A stretch of DNA of 64,000 nt from Tetramitus jugosus (taxonomy: Eukaryota; Protista; Heterolobosea): contig OW569369.1 of assembly GCA_937625935.1 (NCBI GenBank), positions 310,001 through 374,000 of the forward strand, read 5' to 3'. This document shows, piece by piece, positions 36,001 to 47,946 of the stretch. The notes under the pieces are model-generated. The model was given only the letters and a program-made list of their open reading frames with translations. It was not told where the DNA came from and did no database searches. Each line of letters opens with the position of its first letter. Within the stretch, counting starts at the first letter, position 1. The translations under genes were made by a program, and so were the position numbers.

Positions 36001-36198
36001 ATTTACCCTTGTAATTTTGTTGTATCATTCATTGTTTCTAAGCTAGTTTTTGTCTTTTCTACGAGAATCAATCCACGATCATCAACGAAGGGAACACAAC
36101 AAAATTTTAAAGCAAGCATTGTTTGTTCGTTCAAATACAAAACTTTGTTCAGCTTGATTTTACTCTTTGGTGACCAAATTCCAACTCGGTAAAGCGAC

Positions 36199-36884
36199 TT
36201 AGTAGTCGTCATTGCTTCTCATAATGTCCATGAATTCCTTCTCACTAATCTCACCATCATTGTCCTTGTCAAACTCATCAATCATTGCCTGTAGTTCCTC
36301 ATCCGTCATATTCTCTCCAATTTCTCTGGCAATCTTTCTCAAATTCTTCAGTGATATGGTTCCAGAGTTGTCTTCATCGAACAAACGGAACGCCTTCTTA
36401 ATTTCTTCGAATGGATCTCTCTCAGACATTTTTTGAGTCACTGTGTGATTTATCAATGTCAGAGTGTGGGTGACACTTGAACAAAAGAGAGAATCATTGT
36501 TAACAAAACTCTACTTACTAACTTCCAGAAAATCATTAAAGTTGATTTGTCCACTGTCTGTTGTTTGAATACAAAAAGGGTGAAGTAAGTACTTAGTGAT
36601 GCAATAATTTTCAGCAATCATCCGTAACGACAAAACATACCTTCAGAATCCAATTCAGCAAAAATCCTTTGGATTTCTTCCTTCTTCACATCAAAACCAA
36701 GAGCTCTCATTGCAACTTTCATCTCGTGAGCATCGATAGATCCATTCTTATCAGTGTCAAACAGGTCGAAAGCTTCCTTGATTTCGTGTCTTTGTTCCTC
36801 TGATAGCTCAAATTTTGGTTTCCTGGTGCGAGCTACAGGCTTGCGAGAAGCTGGTTTCAAGGAAAAGTCGTTGTTTCTGAACAT
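36199..36884 (-). CDS. Centrin (centrin-3/Cdc31-like); 3 exons (36884-36641, 36557-36519, 36440-36199)
   Basis: EF-hands [48 protein letters not shown] and GTAAGT donors with CAG acceptors keep the frame. Confidence 0.93.
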
Positions 36885-37036
36885 GGTGTATTTATTACTA
36901 GAGTACAAGAGTAGATAGTGATGAGATTTTTTGTGCAACCGCAGTTTGTAGTTCTAAAAGAGCGCCAACATCTTGGCGCCATTTTTTGTTCTCCCGACTG
37001 AGCGCTCGAAATACCATTTTTTCATATTCAATGTAA

Positions 37037-37108
37037 GGGACAATGGTCTAGTGGTATGATTCTCGCTTTGGGTGCGAGAGGCCCGGAGTTCGATTCTCCG
37101 TTGTCCCC
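37037..37108 (+). tRNA. tRNA-Pro(TGG)
   Basis: GGGACAA/TTGTCCC acceptor, CTCGC-TT TGG GT-GCGAG anticodon arm, CGGAG-TTCGATT-CTCCG T-arm; TTTT follows. Confidence 0.97.
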
Positions 37109-37156
37109 TGTTTTGCATTATACTAGACGCCTTTCTGCTCTTCCCTATCCCTTGCC

Positions 37157-39100
37157 TCAGTGGTTCGGTGTACTGGGCTTGTATGAAAAGTTGCGGAACA
37201 ATCGTACATCCTCTTGATTCGAATGTACTCTTCTGTGTTTGGGTTTCATTGGAGACATTAACTTCTGATCTAACTCGTCTAAGTGGTCATCCACACTGTA
37301 AATTCTCTCAACATTCTCGTCGTCCGTATCACTGTCACTCTCATCATTCATTGGATTGAAGTTGTGGAAATCTAATGGACCCGTCAAGCGAGGTTTGATG
37401 GGAGGATTTTGTTGAAGCAGATTCCAATTGACGCCAGAGAACCATGGATGTGACTTAATCTCCTCTGCCCCATACCTGGAGCCTAATCTCTGCTGAACAT
37501 CTGGATTCAATAATCGACGGATCAAATCCTGGCATTCAGCTGAGATTTGGTGATGATTGGGAGGTGTTGGGAATTGGACTCGTTGACGTCGAATGTTGTC
37601 AAAGGTCTCATCTTGGTCCTTGCCTCGGAAAGGAGTTCTTCCGTAGATCATCTCATAAATCAGAATACCTAGAGTCCACCAGTCAACCGATGGGAAGTAT
37701 CCTTTTCCATGAATGATCTCTGGAGCAATGTACTCTGCTGTCCCTACAAAAGAGTTCATCTTTGTCAGCTTCTTCTTTGGTTTAGGATTGATCTGAAGAG
37801 TCATGGTTTGTCTGTTCTGGATGGGAGACCTGCTCTCCTGTGGTGGATGGTAATGTTGGAAGTGATGGTGGTGCTTTTGAGGTTGAACGTCATTTTCCCT
37901 GTGGAACCACTTTCTGAACATGTTTCTCTTCTGTCCACTGGGAGATTCATTGTACGGTGTCGTTGTCTGTGGAGGTTCTTGTTTGGGTATCGAAGTAGAA
38001 GTAGAGGGTAATTGTCTGGGCAATGGTTCATCCAAGTCACTTGTACTGGCTTGTTTGGACAGATCGAAATCAGCCAATCGAATATGACCAGACTCATGCA
38101 ACAGAATATTCTCAGGTTTCAAATCTCTGTAGACGACACCAATATGGTGCAAGTACTCTAGTGCCAACAACACTTCACACGCATAGAATCTTGCATCTGC
38201 TTCAGACAGTGAGCGATAGGGTTGACGGTTGAGTGCCTGGAAGAACTCACCTCCCGAGCAGTACTCTAGGATGAGATACACGCGGTCTTCATCCTGAAAT
38301 GAACTGTACAGAGTGACGATAAAGGGATTTTTTGTCGATGACAAAATTTCATTCTCCGTCACAATTCTTTCAACCTTGTTTCTCTTGATCATATCGTCCT
38401 TGTCCAGAACTTTCATAGCAAAGAGGTTTCGATCGTAGGGCGTACCGATTACATGCACTAGATAGACCTTTCCTACATCACCTCGACCCAATAAGCGAAC
38501 CTTCTCAAAATTGTTGAGATCGAGGTTTCGAAAGTTGGGTAGAGCTGCTGCGACTTGAGGAATTGGCGAAGGAACAGGTTGTCTCTGGACTTGTGGAGGA
38601 GTAGTCAATATGATTGGTGGAGCTCCAGTTTGAGATGAAGTCATGCCGTAACCATAGTTGTTCACCACTGGGACATACTGTGGTTGTTGTTGTTGTTGTT
38701 GTGAGATCATGGAAGAGTACACTGGTTGTTGCTGTTGTGGTCGCAGTTGTTGTTGTTGTTGAAGGGGAGGTTGTTGTTGCATGTTGGTGTATGAGCCCAT
38801 TGAACTTGTGATGAACGGAGACTCTCTACCTCCTTGATAGGTTTGAGAGGATATTGGTTGAAAGTTGGTGGTTGCATATTGAATTTGTGGTTGTGGTTGT
38901 TGTTGTGTTTGTGATATCATCATTGGTTGAGGTGAGTAAGAACTTTCCAAGCCGTTGGGTCTCCATCCGCTCGTTTGGGCATTGTTGTAGTTTAGTTGGT
39001 AGGATTGAGTGGTCGGTGAGGGGTTGACTGTCGAGGATAGTTGGGCCATCGGCCTACTCCCTCCAGAAGTTGTAGGTGTTGTATTGAGGTATGAGGACAT
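37157..39100 (-). CDS. AGC Ser/Thr kinase, DFD-type (Nrc-2/Kin82/plant AGCVIII-like)
   Basis: GRGDVGKV, YRDLKPENILL, DFDLS, an activation-loop insert, NSFVGTAEYIAPE; Q-rich N-terminus. An alternative ATG lies at 39154. Confidence 0.92.
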   Translation of the reverse strand: MSSYLNTTPTTSGGSRPMAQLSSTVNPSPTTQSYQLNYNNAQTSGWRPNGLESSYSPQPMMISQTQQQPQPQIQYATTNFQPISSQTYQGGRESPFITSSMGSYTNMQQQPPLQQQQQLRPQQQQPVYSSMISQQQQQQPQYVPVVNNYGYGMTSSQTGAPPIILTTPPQVQRQPVPSPIPQVAAALPNFRNLDLNNFEKVRLLGRGDVGKVYLVHVIGTPYDRNLFAMKVLDKDDMIKRNKVERIVTENEILSSTKNPFIVTLYSSFQDEDRVYLILEYCSGGEFFQALNRQPYRSLSEADARFYACEVLLALEYLHHIGVVYRDLKPENILLHESGHIRLADFDLSKQASTSDLDEPLPRQLPSTSTSIPKQEPPQTTTPYNESPSGQKRNMFRKWFHRENDVQPQKHHHHFQHYHPPQESRSPIQNRQTMTLQINPKPKKKLTKMNSFVGTAEYIAPEIIHGKGYFPSVDWWTLGILIYEMIYGRTPFRGKDQDETFDNIRRQRVQFPTPPNHHQISAECQDLIRRLLNPDVQQRLGSRYGAEEIKSHPWFSGVNWNLLQQNPPIKPRLTGPLDFHNFNPMNDESDSDTDDENVERIYSVDDHLDELDQKLMSPMKPKHRRVHSNQEDVRLFRNFSYKPSTPNH

Positions 39101-39649
39101 GAGGTCAACTTGATTTTCTATGTTGTATGACTTCGGACAATGTATCAGGATCATAGTTATGGCTTGTGCGTTCCAAGAGGCAACTGTTTTTGGATTATCG
39201 AACGTTCCGGGAGACGCATGTAATAATAGGTAGCTAAGCCCCGATTGACTAAAGAAACCATGAAATCTACGACTCGTGATATCAAAACAACATGTCCTTC
39301 TATTGATATCTGGTTATTAATTTCTCCTCAGTAAAGTGGCAGATATTTTGCAACGTTTCCAGGATAGGATACTACAATCTACCACTTCACCGAGTAGACT
39401 CTAACTGACCGACTAGATTCCATTCAACAGATTAAACCTCTCTTCTGTATGTTCTCCATGGTTGAGTTCCTCCTATGTGAAGGTTCTTGTGATCCTTCTC
39501 AGAATATCTCTTCATAACTTATCAGATGTGAGGAACCAGGAACAGCAATCGGTGTGATGTGTCTCCGCCTTGGTAACAACGACAAGAGTGGATCGCGTTT
39601 TCCCAAACTTGGCCGGCGGACCAAAAATCAGAAAAATAAAACGAAATCA

Positions 39650-41728
39650 ATGACTGAGAAATCAAGAATGTCACTGCCGAATCAATTCCTGTACAACACC
39701 AAGCCCATTACCCTGGAGCTCGACGATCCAAATCTGTTGCTCCATTTTAACAAGATTGAACGCAATAACAACAGTAGCAGTGGTTCCTTTTTCAGATCAC
39801 GAAGCTTTAGTCGTCGTCATGCTGATTCATCTGATGCAACGTCATCATCATCTGCAGCAGCAGCATCGTCATACTCTCATTCGCAAACTATATCACTCAA
39901 AGAGATATTTGGCATTCATGAGTTGTATCACAAGCACAGCATTGGCAGCAACAAGAAACAAGATCCACAGTTACAACAGCAGGAGCAACAAGAACAACAG
40001 ACACAAGAACAAGAACGACGACAAGAAGAAGAATTGATTGGATTTGTGATTCATCAATTGCACTGCACAAATGAGAAATCAAACAAGTATGCTCTCAAGA
40101 CATGTGTGTTGATTGCTGTTCCACCAGTATTGTTGCCAAGTAGTGAGGAATCTGAAGAGAACATGAGTCATCATCATCAGGTGAGAACAAGATCAGAGAT
40201 TGTGAGTGAATGGATGCAACTATTGCATCAAAGAGTGTTCCAGAGAGGTGGTAGTAGTGTTGCTGTGACTCCAAGTGAAACAAGTGTGTTACCACTCAAA
40301 CAGCAACCTGTGAGACGCATTCTCATCTTTATCAATCCAAAGTCCGGACCAGGAAAAGCAGTGGAGAGTTTCATGAAGAATGCGAAACCAATTTTGGACA
40401 GAGCTCACCTACAGTACGCCATTATTATTACGAGGAAAGCACTGGAGGCGTACGAATATTGTAGAGACGAGTTGGATCTGAGTGTGAACAAGGAGATTGT
40501 CGGTGTGGGTGGTGATGGTATCATTTTTGAGATTTTGAATGGTGTGATGGCACAGGTGAATCAGAGTCGTTTGAATTCAGAGCAGAGAACTCGGTTGTTG
40601 AGTCAGATTAAGATTGGCGTGATACCGGCTGGAACATCCAATGCACTTGCCAGTGCAATTGGTTGTCAACTGCATGTAGGTCAGGCACCGAGTGTAGAAC
40701 GAGCAGCGTTCATTATTGCTCGAGGCATGTATAGACCATTGGACATTGTGAGTATGATACAACAGGAGCAAGATTATGCCAATACTCCTTCGTTTACTCG
40801 GTATTTTGCCTTCTTGAGCTTGACATGGGCGTTCATTGCTGATGTGGATCTCGGGACAGAGAATTTGAGATGGATGGGATCTCTGAGAAATTATGTTGGT
40901 GTGTTCAAGGGATTTGGTCAATACAAGATGTACAAGGGCACATTGGAGTGGTTGCATGATGAACGAGTGGCAGATTTGGAGTCGATGAAACAGATGCATT
41001 CCCATTTTCGTCAGTCAATTCCCAAGAGTTCCTACAGCGTTGAGAGTGAAGGAGAAGATAATGAGGACGAAATGGACAATATTGACGATGCTGATCTATC
41101 GAATGATAGTAGTCAACCCAATGAGCAGCAGGAAGCATCACAACGTATGCTCGGGTTCGCTCAAAATGTGACATGGCCACCTTGTCCATTACTATCAACT
41201 CATTTTGCTCACAGGTTGAGTGCACAGGTCATTTCAGCCATTGGAACCAACACTCCACAACAAAAGAACGTAGCAGCTACTATTGGTGAAGAAGAAGTCA
41301 CGAAACAAGAGGAGGCAACGTCGTCATCGTTGGAACAACAGATTGAACAAACAGAAGCACAAGAACAAACGACACAGCATGGCGAGATCAAGACCCTTGA
41401 CTCTTCGTTCTTCATGTTTCTCGCGTCAAATCTACCTCTCATTGCTCACGACATGCCACTGACGCCACTTTCATCCATGGATGACACATACATTGATTTA
41501 TTGCTGTTGCGACAAGTGTGGTCTCGACCAAAGCTCTTGAACGTGTTCGTCAACAATATCCTGCAGGGAACTCATGTAGGAATCGAAGGCACAGAATACA
41601 TCAAGACAAAATGCTTCATGCTCGAGCCAGAGCGCGGTTACGTTGCCGTAGATGGCGAAAAAGTCAACACCTCTACAGTATTCTGTGAGGTTCACCCAGG
41701 TCTCATCAACGTACTCGTTGACAAGTAA
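39650..41728 (+). CDS. SPHK: Sphingosine kinase (DAGK-cat family)
   Basis: INPKSGPGKA, GGDG, IPAGTSNALA, FIADVDLGTENLRWMG, VDGE. Confidence 0.9.
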   Translation: MTEKSRMSLPNQFLYNTKPITLELDDPNLLLHFNKIERNNNSSSGSFFRSRSFSRRHADSSDATSSSSAAAASSYSHSQTISLKEIFGIHELYHKHSIGSNKKQDPQLQQQEQQEQQTQEQERRQEEELIGFVIHQLHCTNEKSNKYALKTCVLIAVPPVLLPSSEESEENMSHHHQVRTRSEIVSEWMQLLHQRVFQRGGSSVAVTPSETSVLPLKQQPVRRILIFINPKSGPGKAVESFMKNAKPILDRAHLQYAIIITRKALEAYEYCRDELDLSVNKEIVGVGGDGIIFEILNGVMAQVNQSRLNSEQRTRLLSQIKIGVIPAGTSNALASAIGCQLHVGQAPSVERAAFIIARGMYRPLDIVSMIQQEQDYANTPSFTRYFAFLSLTWAFIADVDLGTENLRWMGSLRNYVGVFKGFGQYKMYKGTLEWLHDERVADLESMKQMHSHFRQSIPKSSYSVESEGEDNEDEMDNIDDADLSNDSSQPNEQQEASQRMLGFAQNVTWPPCPLLSTHFAHRLSAQVISAIGTNTPQQKNVAATIGEEEVTKQEEATSSSLEQQIEQTEAQEQTTQHGEIKTLDSSFFMFLASNLPLIAHDMPLTPLSSMDDTYIDLLLLRQVWSRPKLLNVFVNNILQGTHVGIEGTEYIKTKCFMLEPERGYVAVDGEKVNTSTVFCEVHPGLINVLVDK

Positions 41729-42034
41729 AGATTTTTTGTATACTCGAACAGACACATTGCTGCTGTTTTTCCTGTAGGAGAAATACGTCAGACCAGGCCG
41801 AGTATAATTTCTTTTGTCCAGTCCTGGACAAACATTGCTTTCTGGCCAAAGATCTTCCGCAGCAGATTTGTTGATTCTTTAAGATTGAGGCGGGGAGGAA
41901 AAGCTTTTGCATTGCTCACCAAGAGCTCCACAGCAGGGGGTACAAACGAAATCAACAACCAAAAACCGATAGTGCTTTGTTTACACCGTTTTACGCACAA
42001 AAAATATTGTTCTCACTCGATATCAATCAACAAC

Positions 42035-43911
42035 ATGTGGTCTTCTTCCTCACATAAAATGAGTCGTTCACTCAAGCAGCTTGTTTCTCACAAGAACAAC
42101 AACTATCGCAAGGATATTTCATCCTTGTTGTTATTGCGTGCATCCTTGAACAATAAGCTCTCCCTTTGTCAAAAACAGAGCTATACACAAAAGGTTGATC
42201 GTGTTGTTGGTCCACTTGGTTTCCACAAGAATAGCAATGGAGAGCTTACTTCAAGACATCCCTCCATGGATGGTGATACGTTGGTTGTGTCTGCTCGTGC
42301 ATCCGACGTGCTCAACAACCCTGATTTTCACAAGCAACTAGAGAAGGAAGAAGAGAGAAGAAATAGGGAACTCATGGCCGCTCAAGCCAAGGCGACAGAC
42401 TACAGAAAAAGACCAAAAATTTTCTGGTATGTCGCCGCTATTTTTGGCGTGCTGTTTGCTCAAGAAATGTACTCTTATTATTCCTTGAGAGACAATTTGG
42501 ATCCAATGCTCGATATGCTAAAGATTGATGAGAGCTTGGAAAAACGGTTAGCTGAGCAAAATATTCCCATTCAACTGTCCTTGTCTCGTGTGAGACACGG
42601 TGGTAGTGATGAGCTTGATCAGTACGTTTGTTTCATGAATGATGCGTTGGAAATGATGAGAAACATGTCGTACAAGGATCACGGAGTTCAATTGCTCATG
42701 CAAAAGAAGGAGATTGTGGTGCCAAGACTGCTACTCATTGTGGAGAAGGCCACAAGAGAAGAAATCAAGAATAATGCAGCTCACATTTTGTTCATGTTGA
42801 CACGTTATGAAGCTTTCTCAAAGGAAATTATCAAGAATGATGGTATTGAGAGATTGAATACTCAGTTGGTGAACTGTGTGTACTCTGCAAAGTTTAAGAA
42901 TCAAGCACAGGACAAGTTGGCCGATATTTTGCGTCGTGTTTTTATTCAATTGTTTGATCATAAGACTGTGAATCAAGGTATGTTGTGTTTTTGTGTGTTG
43001 TCTTTTGTGTACATCTTTCTATTGTTTGTTCAATGAACCTTCCTTACACACTTAATAATACTATTTTGTTTGTGCGTTCAGACATTGCCAAGAATCCACA
43101 TAGCATGTCACTCGTTGTTCAGATGGCTCAATTTGATAATCCATCTTGGCTCTCACAAACAGCACTGTCATGCTTGGAGAACATTTGCGACAATCATGTT
43201 CAATTCGTGCAACAGGTTGGATCCAAGGGCTTTGCCGATGTTGAGAAAATACTCATTACGAAGAATGGTAGATTTATGGCTGGATTGAAGTTCTTGGTTG
43301 AAAACGGAAAGACAAAGGAAGTCAAGGAAAGAGCAGCCCAAGTGTTGGAAACACTCACAAAGTACAGCACCAAGGACGCATTGAAGGAGGAACCAGAACA
43401 ACGATCCATCGTAACAAGAGTCAAGAACCAGATTGCAAAGGAGTATGGTGTGAGAGATTACTTGGCTGTGTGGGTGTTCGTCTCATTGATCCCACTCACC
43501 ATTGCATACATGGCAAAGAACTATGCCAAGAGAGGAGCTCCAAAAGAATTCTTCTACAAGAAGATGAAGTTGGTTGGTGGAATATTCTTGTTGACAGATT
43601 TTGTTATCCATCCATACAGATTTGCCTTCCAATCCTACTTCTCCCCAACTCAGAGAGAGAGATTGGAGCCAGATCGCAATGCTTTTGAAAAGTGGGGACT
43701 GTTGACTGCTGCCATCTACGGTTTGCACTTGTTTGCATACTACAGTTGCCCTTATGCCCACGCTGTATATCTCTTCAGATTTATGCCATTCATGACGCTG
43801 GACACTTACACCAATGCTTTCGATGGAACAAATCGTCTTCCATACTTTACATTCCAGAAATTCCGAAAACTTCAAATGGATATCAAGGCCAGCACACAGG
43901 ACAAACAATAA
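42035..43911 (+). CDS. ARM-repeat-like membrane protein, probably mitochondrial; 2 exons (intron 42978-43081)
   Basis: Transit-like N-terminus, TM helix, ARM-like helical repeats, C-terminal TM helices. A GTATGT...CAG intron joins the two ORFs in frame. Confidence 0.7.
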
Positions 43912-43983
43912 TCAAGGTGCTATATGAACAAGTGGGAAGGGGAAATAAATAAGATAAAAGTTGTGGCGAAAGTGGTCTTTCAT

Positions 43984-46008
43984 TTACTTAAGTTGCTTCT
44001 TGATTTCTGCGAAAAACTCCAACAATTCAGTTACGCTCTTGACACCTTGTTCCTTCTCTTCGTCTCTGATACGGATGTTAACAGTACCATCAGCAGCTTC
44101 CTTCTTTCCGACAACGAGCATAAAGTTGTATTGAGCCAATTGCGCATTTCTGACCTTCTTTGGCAACTTGTTGTCAGTGACATCAACATCGACATGATAT
44201 CCAGCAAAGAACAATTGTTCCTTAACGTGTTCGGCATATTCGTTTTGCTCCTTGGAAACAGGGAGAACGATGGCTTGTCTTGGAGACAACCAGAATGGCC
44301 ACTTACCGCCATAGTGCTCAGTAATAATAGCCATGAATCTCTCCAATGAACCATAGATGGCTCTGTGGACGATCACAGGTCTTTGAACAACATTCTCCTT
44401 GCCTTCTTCGTGACTCTCAGCAGCATATTCCAATTCGAAACGTATTGGCAATTGGAAGTCCAATTGAATGGTAGCACATTGATGCTCTCTCTTGAGCGCA
44501 TCCATGACCAAGATATCAATCTTTGGACCATAGAAGGCACCATCACCAGCAGCGATCGTCCATTCGTGACCAAAGTTGTTCAAAGCGCTCTCCAATTGAG
44601 CCTCGGCCTTGTCCCATTGAGAAATCTCTCCCAAAAAGTGTTCAGGGCGAGTAGACAGAGACAACTTGAAGGTGAATCCAAAGATATCGTACATGTGCTT
44701 CATGAAATCTAGAGCACTTTCGATTTCTTGTCCAATCTGATCTTCACGACAGAAAATGTGCGCATCATCTTGTTGGAATCTTCTGACACGGGTCATTCCG
44801 GTCAAAGCTCCCTTCAATTCATTTCTGTGCAAGACACCGAAATCAGCGAAACGGATTGGCAATTCTCTGTAGGAACGATTTCTGTGCTTGAACATGAGAC
44901 AATGAGCAGGACAGTTCATTGGCTTCAATGCACTAATTTGCTTGTCAACCTCCAAACTGAAGATATGCTCGTGATATTTGTCCCAATGACCAGACGTCTT
45001 CCACAGATCAGTGTGATAAATGTTTGGGGTTTGAACCTCGTGGAATCCTCTCTTTCTATATTCGCTTCTGGTGAGGTCCAACAAAGAGTTGAAGATACGG
45101 GTGCCGTGTGGCAAGAAGAACACCATACCTGGGCACAAGTGATGGAAGAACCACAATTCTTGATCCTTTCCAATCTTTCTGTGATCTCTCTTCTTGGCTT
45201 CCTCCTGAATGTGAACCCACTCGTCCAACATTTTCTTTTCAGGGAATGAAATGGCGTACACTCTCTGGAGAGTCTCCTTGGCAGCATCAGCTCTCCAATA
45301 GGAACTCGAATTCTTGTTGACCAAGAAGGAAGTGACACGTCCAGTGTGATACAAGTGAGGTCCCTTGCAAGGATCAATCAATGAACCACATCTGTACACG
45401 GTGCAAGTTCCATTGTCAGGCACCTTTTCACTCAGCGTTTCCACCTTGAACTTGTTGCCAGAGAACAGGTCGAGAGCTTCTTCCTTGGTGACGACAAGTC
45501 TCTCAAAAATTTGCTTCTCCTTGACAATCTTACTGACAGATTGTTGAATCTTCTTATAGTCATTCTCACTGACCTGAGTGTCTTGCATGTATGATTCATA
45601 GTAGAAACCACCTTCAGCCAGTGGAGGACCCTTACAGAGCAAGCAATTGTACACTTGTTCAAGAGCTTCACCCAACACGTGAGAAGAACTGTGCCAAAAC
45701 ACTTCTTGTGCCTGTGGATTATCCCATTTCAACAATTCCATGGTGCACGAAGCTTCCAATGGTCTTCCAAGATCCCACAATTGGTCATTGACTTTGGCAA
45801 CGACTACATTTTGAGCCAATCCACGACTAATGCCCAGTGCAATGTCATAGGGCGTAGTTTCGTATGCCTTGGCCTCCTTGACACTACCGTCTGGCAGAGT
45901 AACGGTAATTGGTTGTCCCAATTTGTCTCCAAGCTCTTGCTTTCTCTTTTCCTTTAGCTTTTCAAACTTTTCTAAACGTTCCTTGTAATATTGTTGTACT
46001 TCACTCAT
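43984..46008 (-). CDS. TARS1: Threonyl-tRNA synthetase (eukaryotic cytosolic type)
   Basis: TGS domain, HSSSH editing motif, KPMNCP, RRFQQDDAH, QCATIQLDF, HRAIYGSLER. Confidence 0.97.
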   Translation of the reverse strand: MSEVQQYYKERLEKFEKLKEKRKQELGDKLGQPITVTLPDGSVKEAKAYETTPYDIALGISRGLAQNVVVAKVNDQLWDLGRPLEASCTMELLKWDNPQAQEVFWHSSSHVLGEALEQVYNCLLCKGPPLAEGGFYYESYMQDTQVSENDYKKIQQSVSKIVKEKQIFERLVVTKEEALDLFSGNKFKVETLSEKVPDNGTCTVYRCGSLIDPCKGPHLYHTGRVTSFLVNKNSSSYWRADAAKETLQRVYAISFPEKKMLDEWVHIQEEAKKRDHRKIGKDQELWFFHHLCPGMVFFLPHGTRIFNSLLDLTRSEYRKRGFHEVQTPNIYHTDLWKTSGHWDKYHEHIFSLEVDKQISALKPMNCPAHCLMFKHRNRSYRELPIRFADFGVLHRNELKGALTGMTRVRRFQQDDAHIFCREDQIGQEIESALDFMKHMYDIFGFTFKLSLSTRPEHFLGEISQWDKAEAQLESALNNFGHEWTIAAGDGAFYGPKIDILVMDALKREHQCATIQLDFQLPIRFELEYAAESHEEGKENVVQRPVIVHRAIYGSLERFMAIITEHYGGKWPFWLSPRQAIVLPVSKEQNEYAEHVKEQLFFAGYHVDVDVTDNKLPKKVRNAQLAQYNFMLVVGKKEAADGTVNIRIRDEEKEQGVKSVTELLEFFAEIKKQLK

Positions 46009-46292
46009 GATGATGATGTTTTGTTTTTGTTGTTGTTGTGCTTTGTGTGAAAGATTTTTTTGATGATGATTTTTTTTATTTGTCGCTGATTGTTGTTTGG
46101 GTGCGGGTTGTTTTTTGAAAAGCGGGAGGTGCTGGTGAAATCACAGACGCGGAGAAAAAAAGATGAATTTTACAACAGATCACTGATCACGGAACTACAT
46201 TCTGCCTCTGAAGGATTCTTGTAAAAGTTGTCTTTAAACTTCGTTGCAATATCATGAAAACTCCATTTTCCATCACCAGATACTGCCCTCCT

Positions 46293-46391
46293 GACCTAGA
46301 GACAACTTTTTCGAGATATTCGATGACATATGACTAGGTTCGAGAGGAATGGATATGTAAAGTTGTCTCTAGGTCGATGACATATGACTAG
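46293..46391. repeat. Interleaved 17-bp inverted repeat and 18-bp direct repeat
   Basis: GACCTAGAGACAACTTT (46293-46309) pairs with AAAGTTGTCTCTAGGTC (46359-46375). TCGATGACATATGACTAG occurs at 46320 and 46374. Confidence 0.85.
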
Positions 46392-46839
46392 ATAAATATC
46401 TTTCCAGTTCTTGAATTGTTGTTCTAGGTTCCAATTGGTTTAAGGATCTTGCCAAGGCTCGAAAAGAAGGTCATGTATATTTTTAGCAAGCTTTCTCTGC
46501 TTTTCGTCGTCCATCATAAAATCTAATAACTGTGGCACATTTTCATTGAGTGAAATGTTATAATACTCAAAATCTTCCAACAATGCCTCCAACAGATGGT
46601 CTAGTATTTGTTCCAGTGCATAGTATAGGGCTATCAACTTTGATTGCTCTCCTAACATGTTCAATCCCATTGTAACTCCATATTGTTTGCACGTGATTAG
46701 AAAGGTTTTTAGCTCAGTTGTAGGTATTGGTACCCCGACGTGATTGGCGAATTGAATCAGGTGGTCCTTGCTCCAATGAATGAAGACTTTGGAAGTTCGA
46801 AATGAACGGATAGAATTGCTGATTATGATGGGTAAACAA

Positions 46840-47715
46840 AAACCAATTGGTCCTGGATAGCAAGATCAAAGGTGCTCTCAAAGCAAAATCACACTCAACC
46901 AGCAGATAAATCATGGTCTCGGGACTTTTGCCACAAAGAGAACATCACCTATGGCATAGTACAGTTTCTGAATGACCCCTTTCATGTGCAAGGTACCACT
47001 CCTGACCGGTGGTAGAACCACAGTTCCAATAGAACATTTCAAGAAATAGTTCCGCTCCACTGACTTCTGTGACTCCGAATCAAGCCACCATCCTCCATTC
47101 AATCCAATAAACTATGTCCTCTGTTTTGTAAATGATTCCACTACTCCTTCTCGAATGTTGGGATTCTTTGACCACACCATTGGCTAGCACAGTAACTTCC
47201 GGCTTCCTTGTTCTTCTGGCAAGCAGTGACTCGTTGCAAGCAGTTCTAGGTATTCTTGTAGCCGGACCAATCCCTTTCATATGGTATCTTTTCTTTGTAT
47301 GACCATAACTCACCGCAAGGCTATTCTTGATACATGAGTTGAGAGGTGCCAAACAATGCTACACTTCTTACACTCATGAGCATTGGCAGAACTGATGATA
47401 ATTCGCGAAGAGTGGAGGAGTTTGGCACACCAGGCGAGGTATGTACTTACCTGGATTTGAATAGGCTCGATCTAACGAACGTTTGACCTAGCTTGACATC
47501 ATCAAGCGTATCCAGCAGTAGTATTCGTGCCTCAGTGTCCTTCTTTCCAGACAACATACTGGCGAGATCCCAGAACTGGATCTTCAGTGCCTGGAACCAT
47601 TCCAACTTACGATCAATCACAAAGGGGCTCTTGATAAACTCGAATTGGTTCTTATGCTCCAGTGCTGAAGATTGTAACCATCACTCTAGATACGGATCAA
47701 TTGTTGCCTTTCGTT
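46840..47715 (-). mobile_element. Older degraded non-LTR retrotransposon fragments (probably two copies)
   Basis: 47715-47585 reads ERKATIDPYLE*WLQSSALEHKNQFEFIKSPFVIDRKLEWF, a paralog of 51690-51575. About 47090-46890 reads WWLDS...RSGTLH...CSLCGKSPETMIYLLVEC, a decayed zinc knuckle. Confidence 0.8.
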
Positions 47716-47731
47716 CCAGCGAATTTTGCGC
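47716..47731 (+). repeat. 16-bp target-site duplication CCAGCGAATTTTGCGC (second copy 52138-52153)
   Basis: Identical direct repeats bracket the retroelement; the left copy is immediately followed by T9. Confidence 0.9.
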
Positions 47732-47946
47732 TTTTTTTTTGATACAACGCGCAGTTGCTCACTTTATTGTTTATCATTCTTTCCATTAGTTTCACTTATA
47801 CTCATTGTTAGGGCTCGGCACAAGTTCGAGTAAACTCGCGAATAAACGAATCAGTCAAATTCAAAAACAGGTCCAAATTGAAACTTTCACACACCCAAAA
47901 ACAAATTCAAATTCGAACAAACTCGAGTGACTCGCAAATAACAAAA

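Noticed and set aside
39230-39250. CAATCGGGGCTTA (minus strand) resembling the RNase MRP 3' motif
   Set aside because: No complementary GAAAGTCCCC-type 5' strand upstream.
46440-46670. Short ORF with an RNase H-like LIALYYALE segment
   Set aside because: Too little similarity; other catalytic motifs are not seen.
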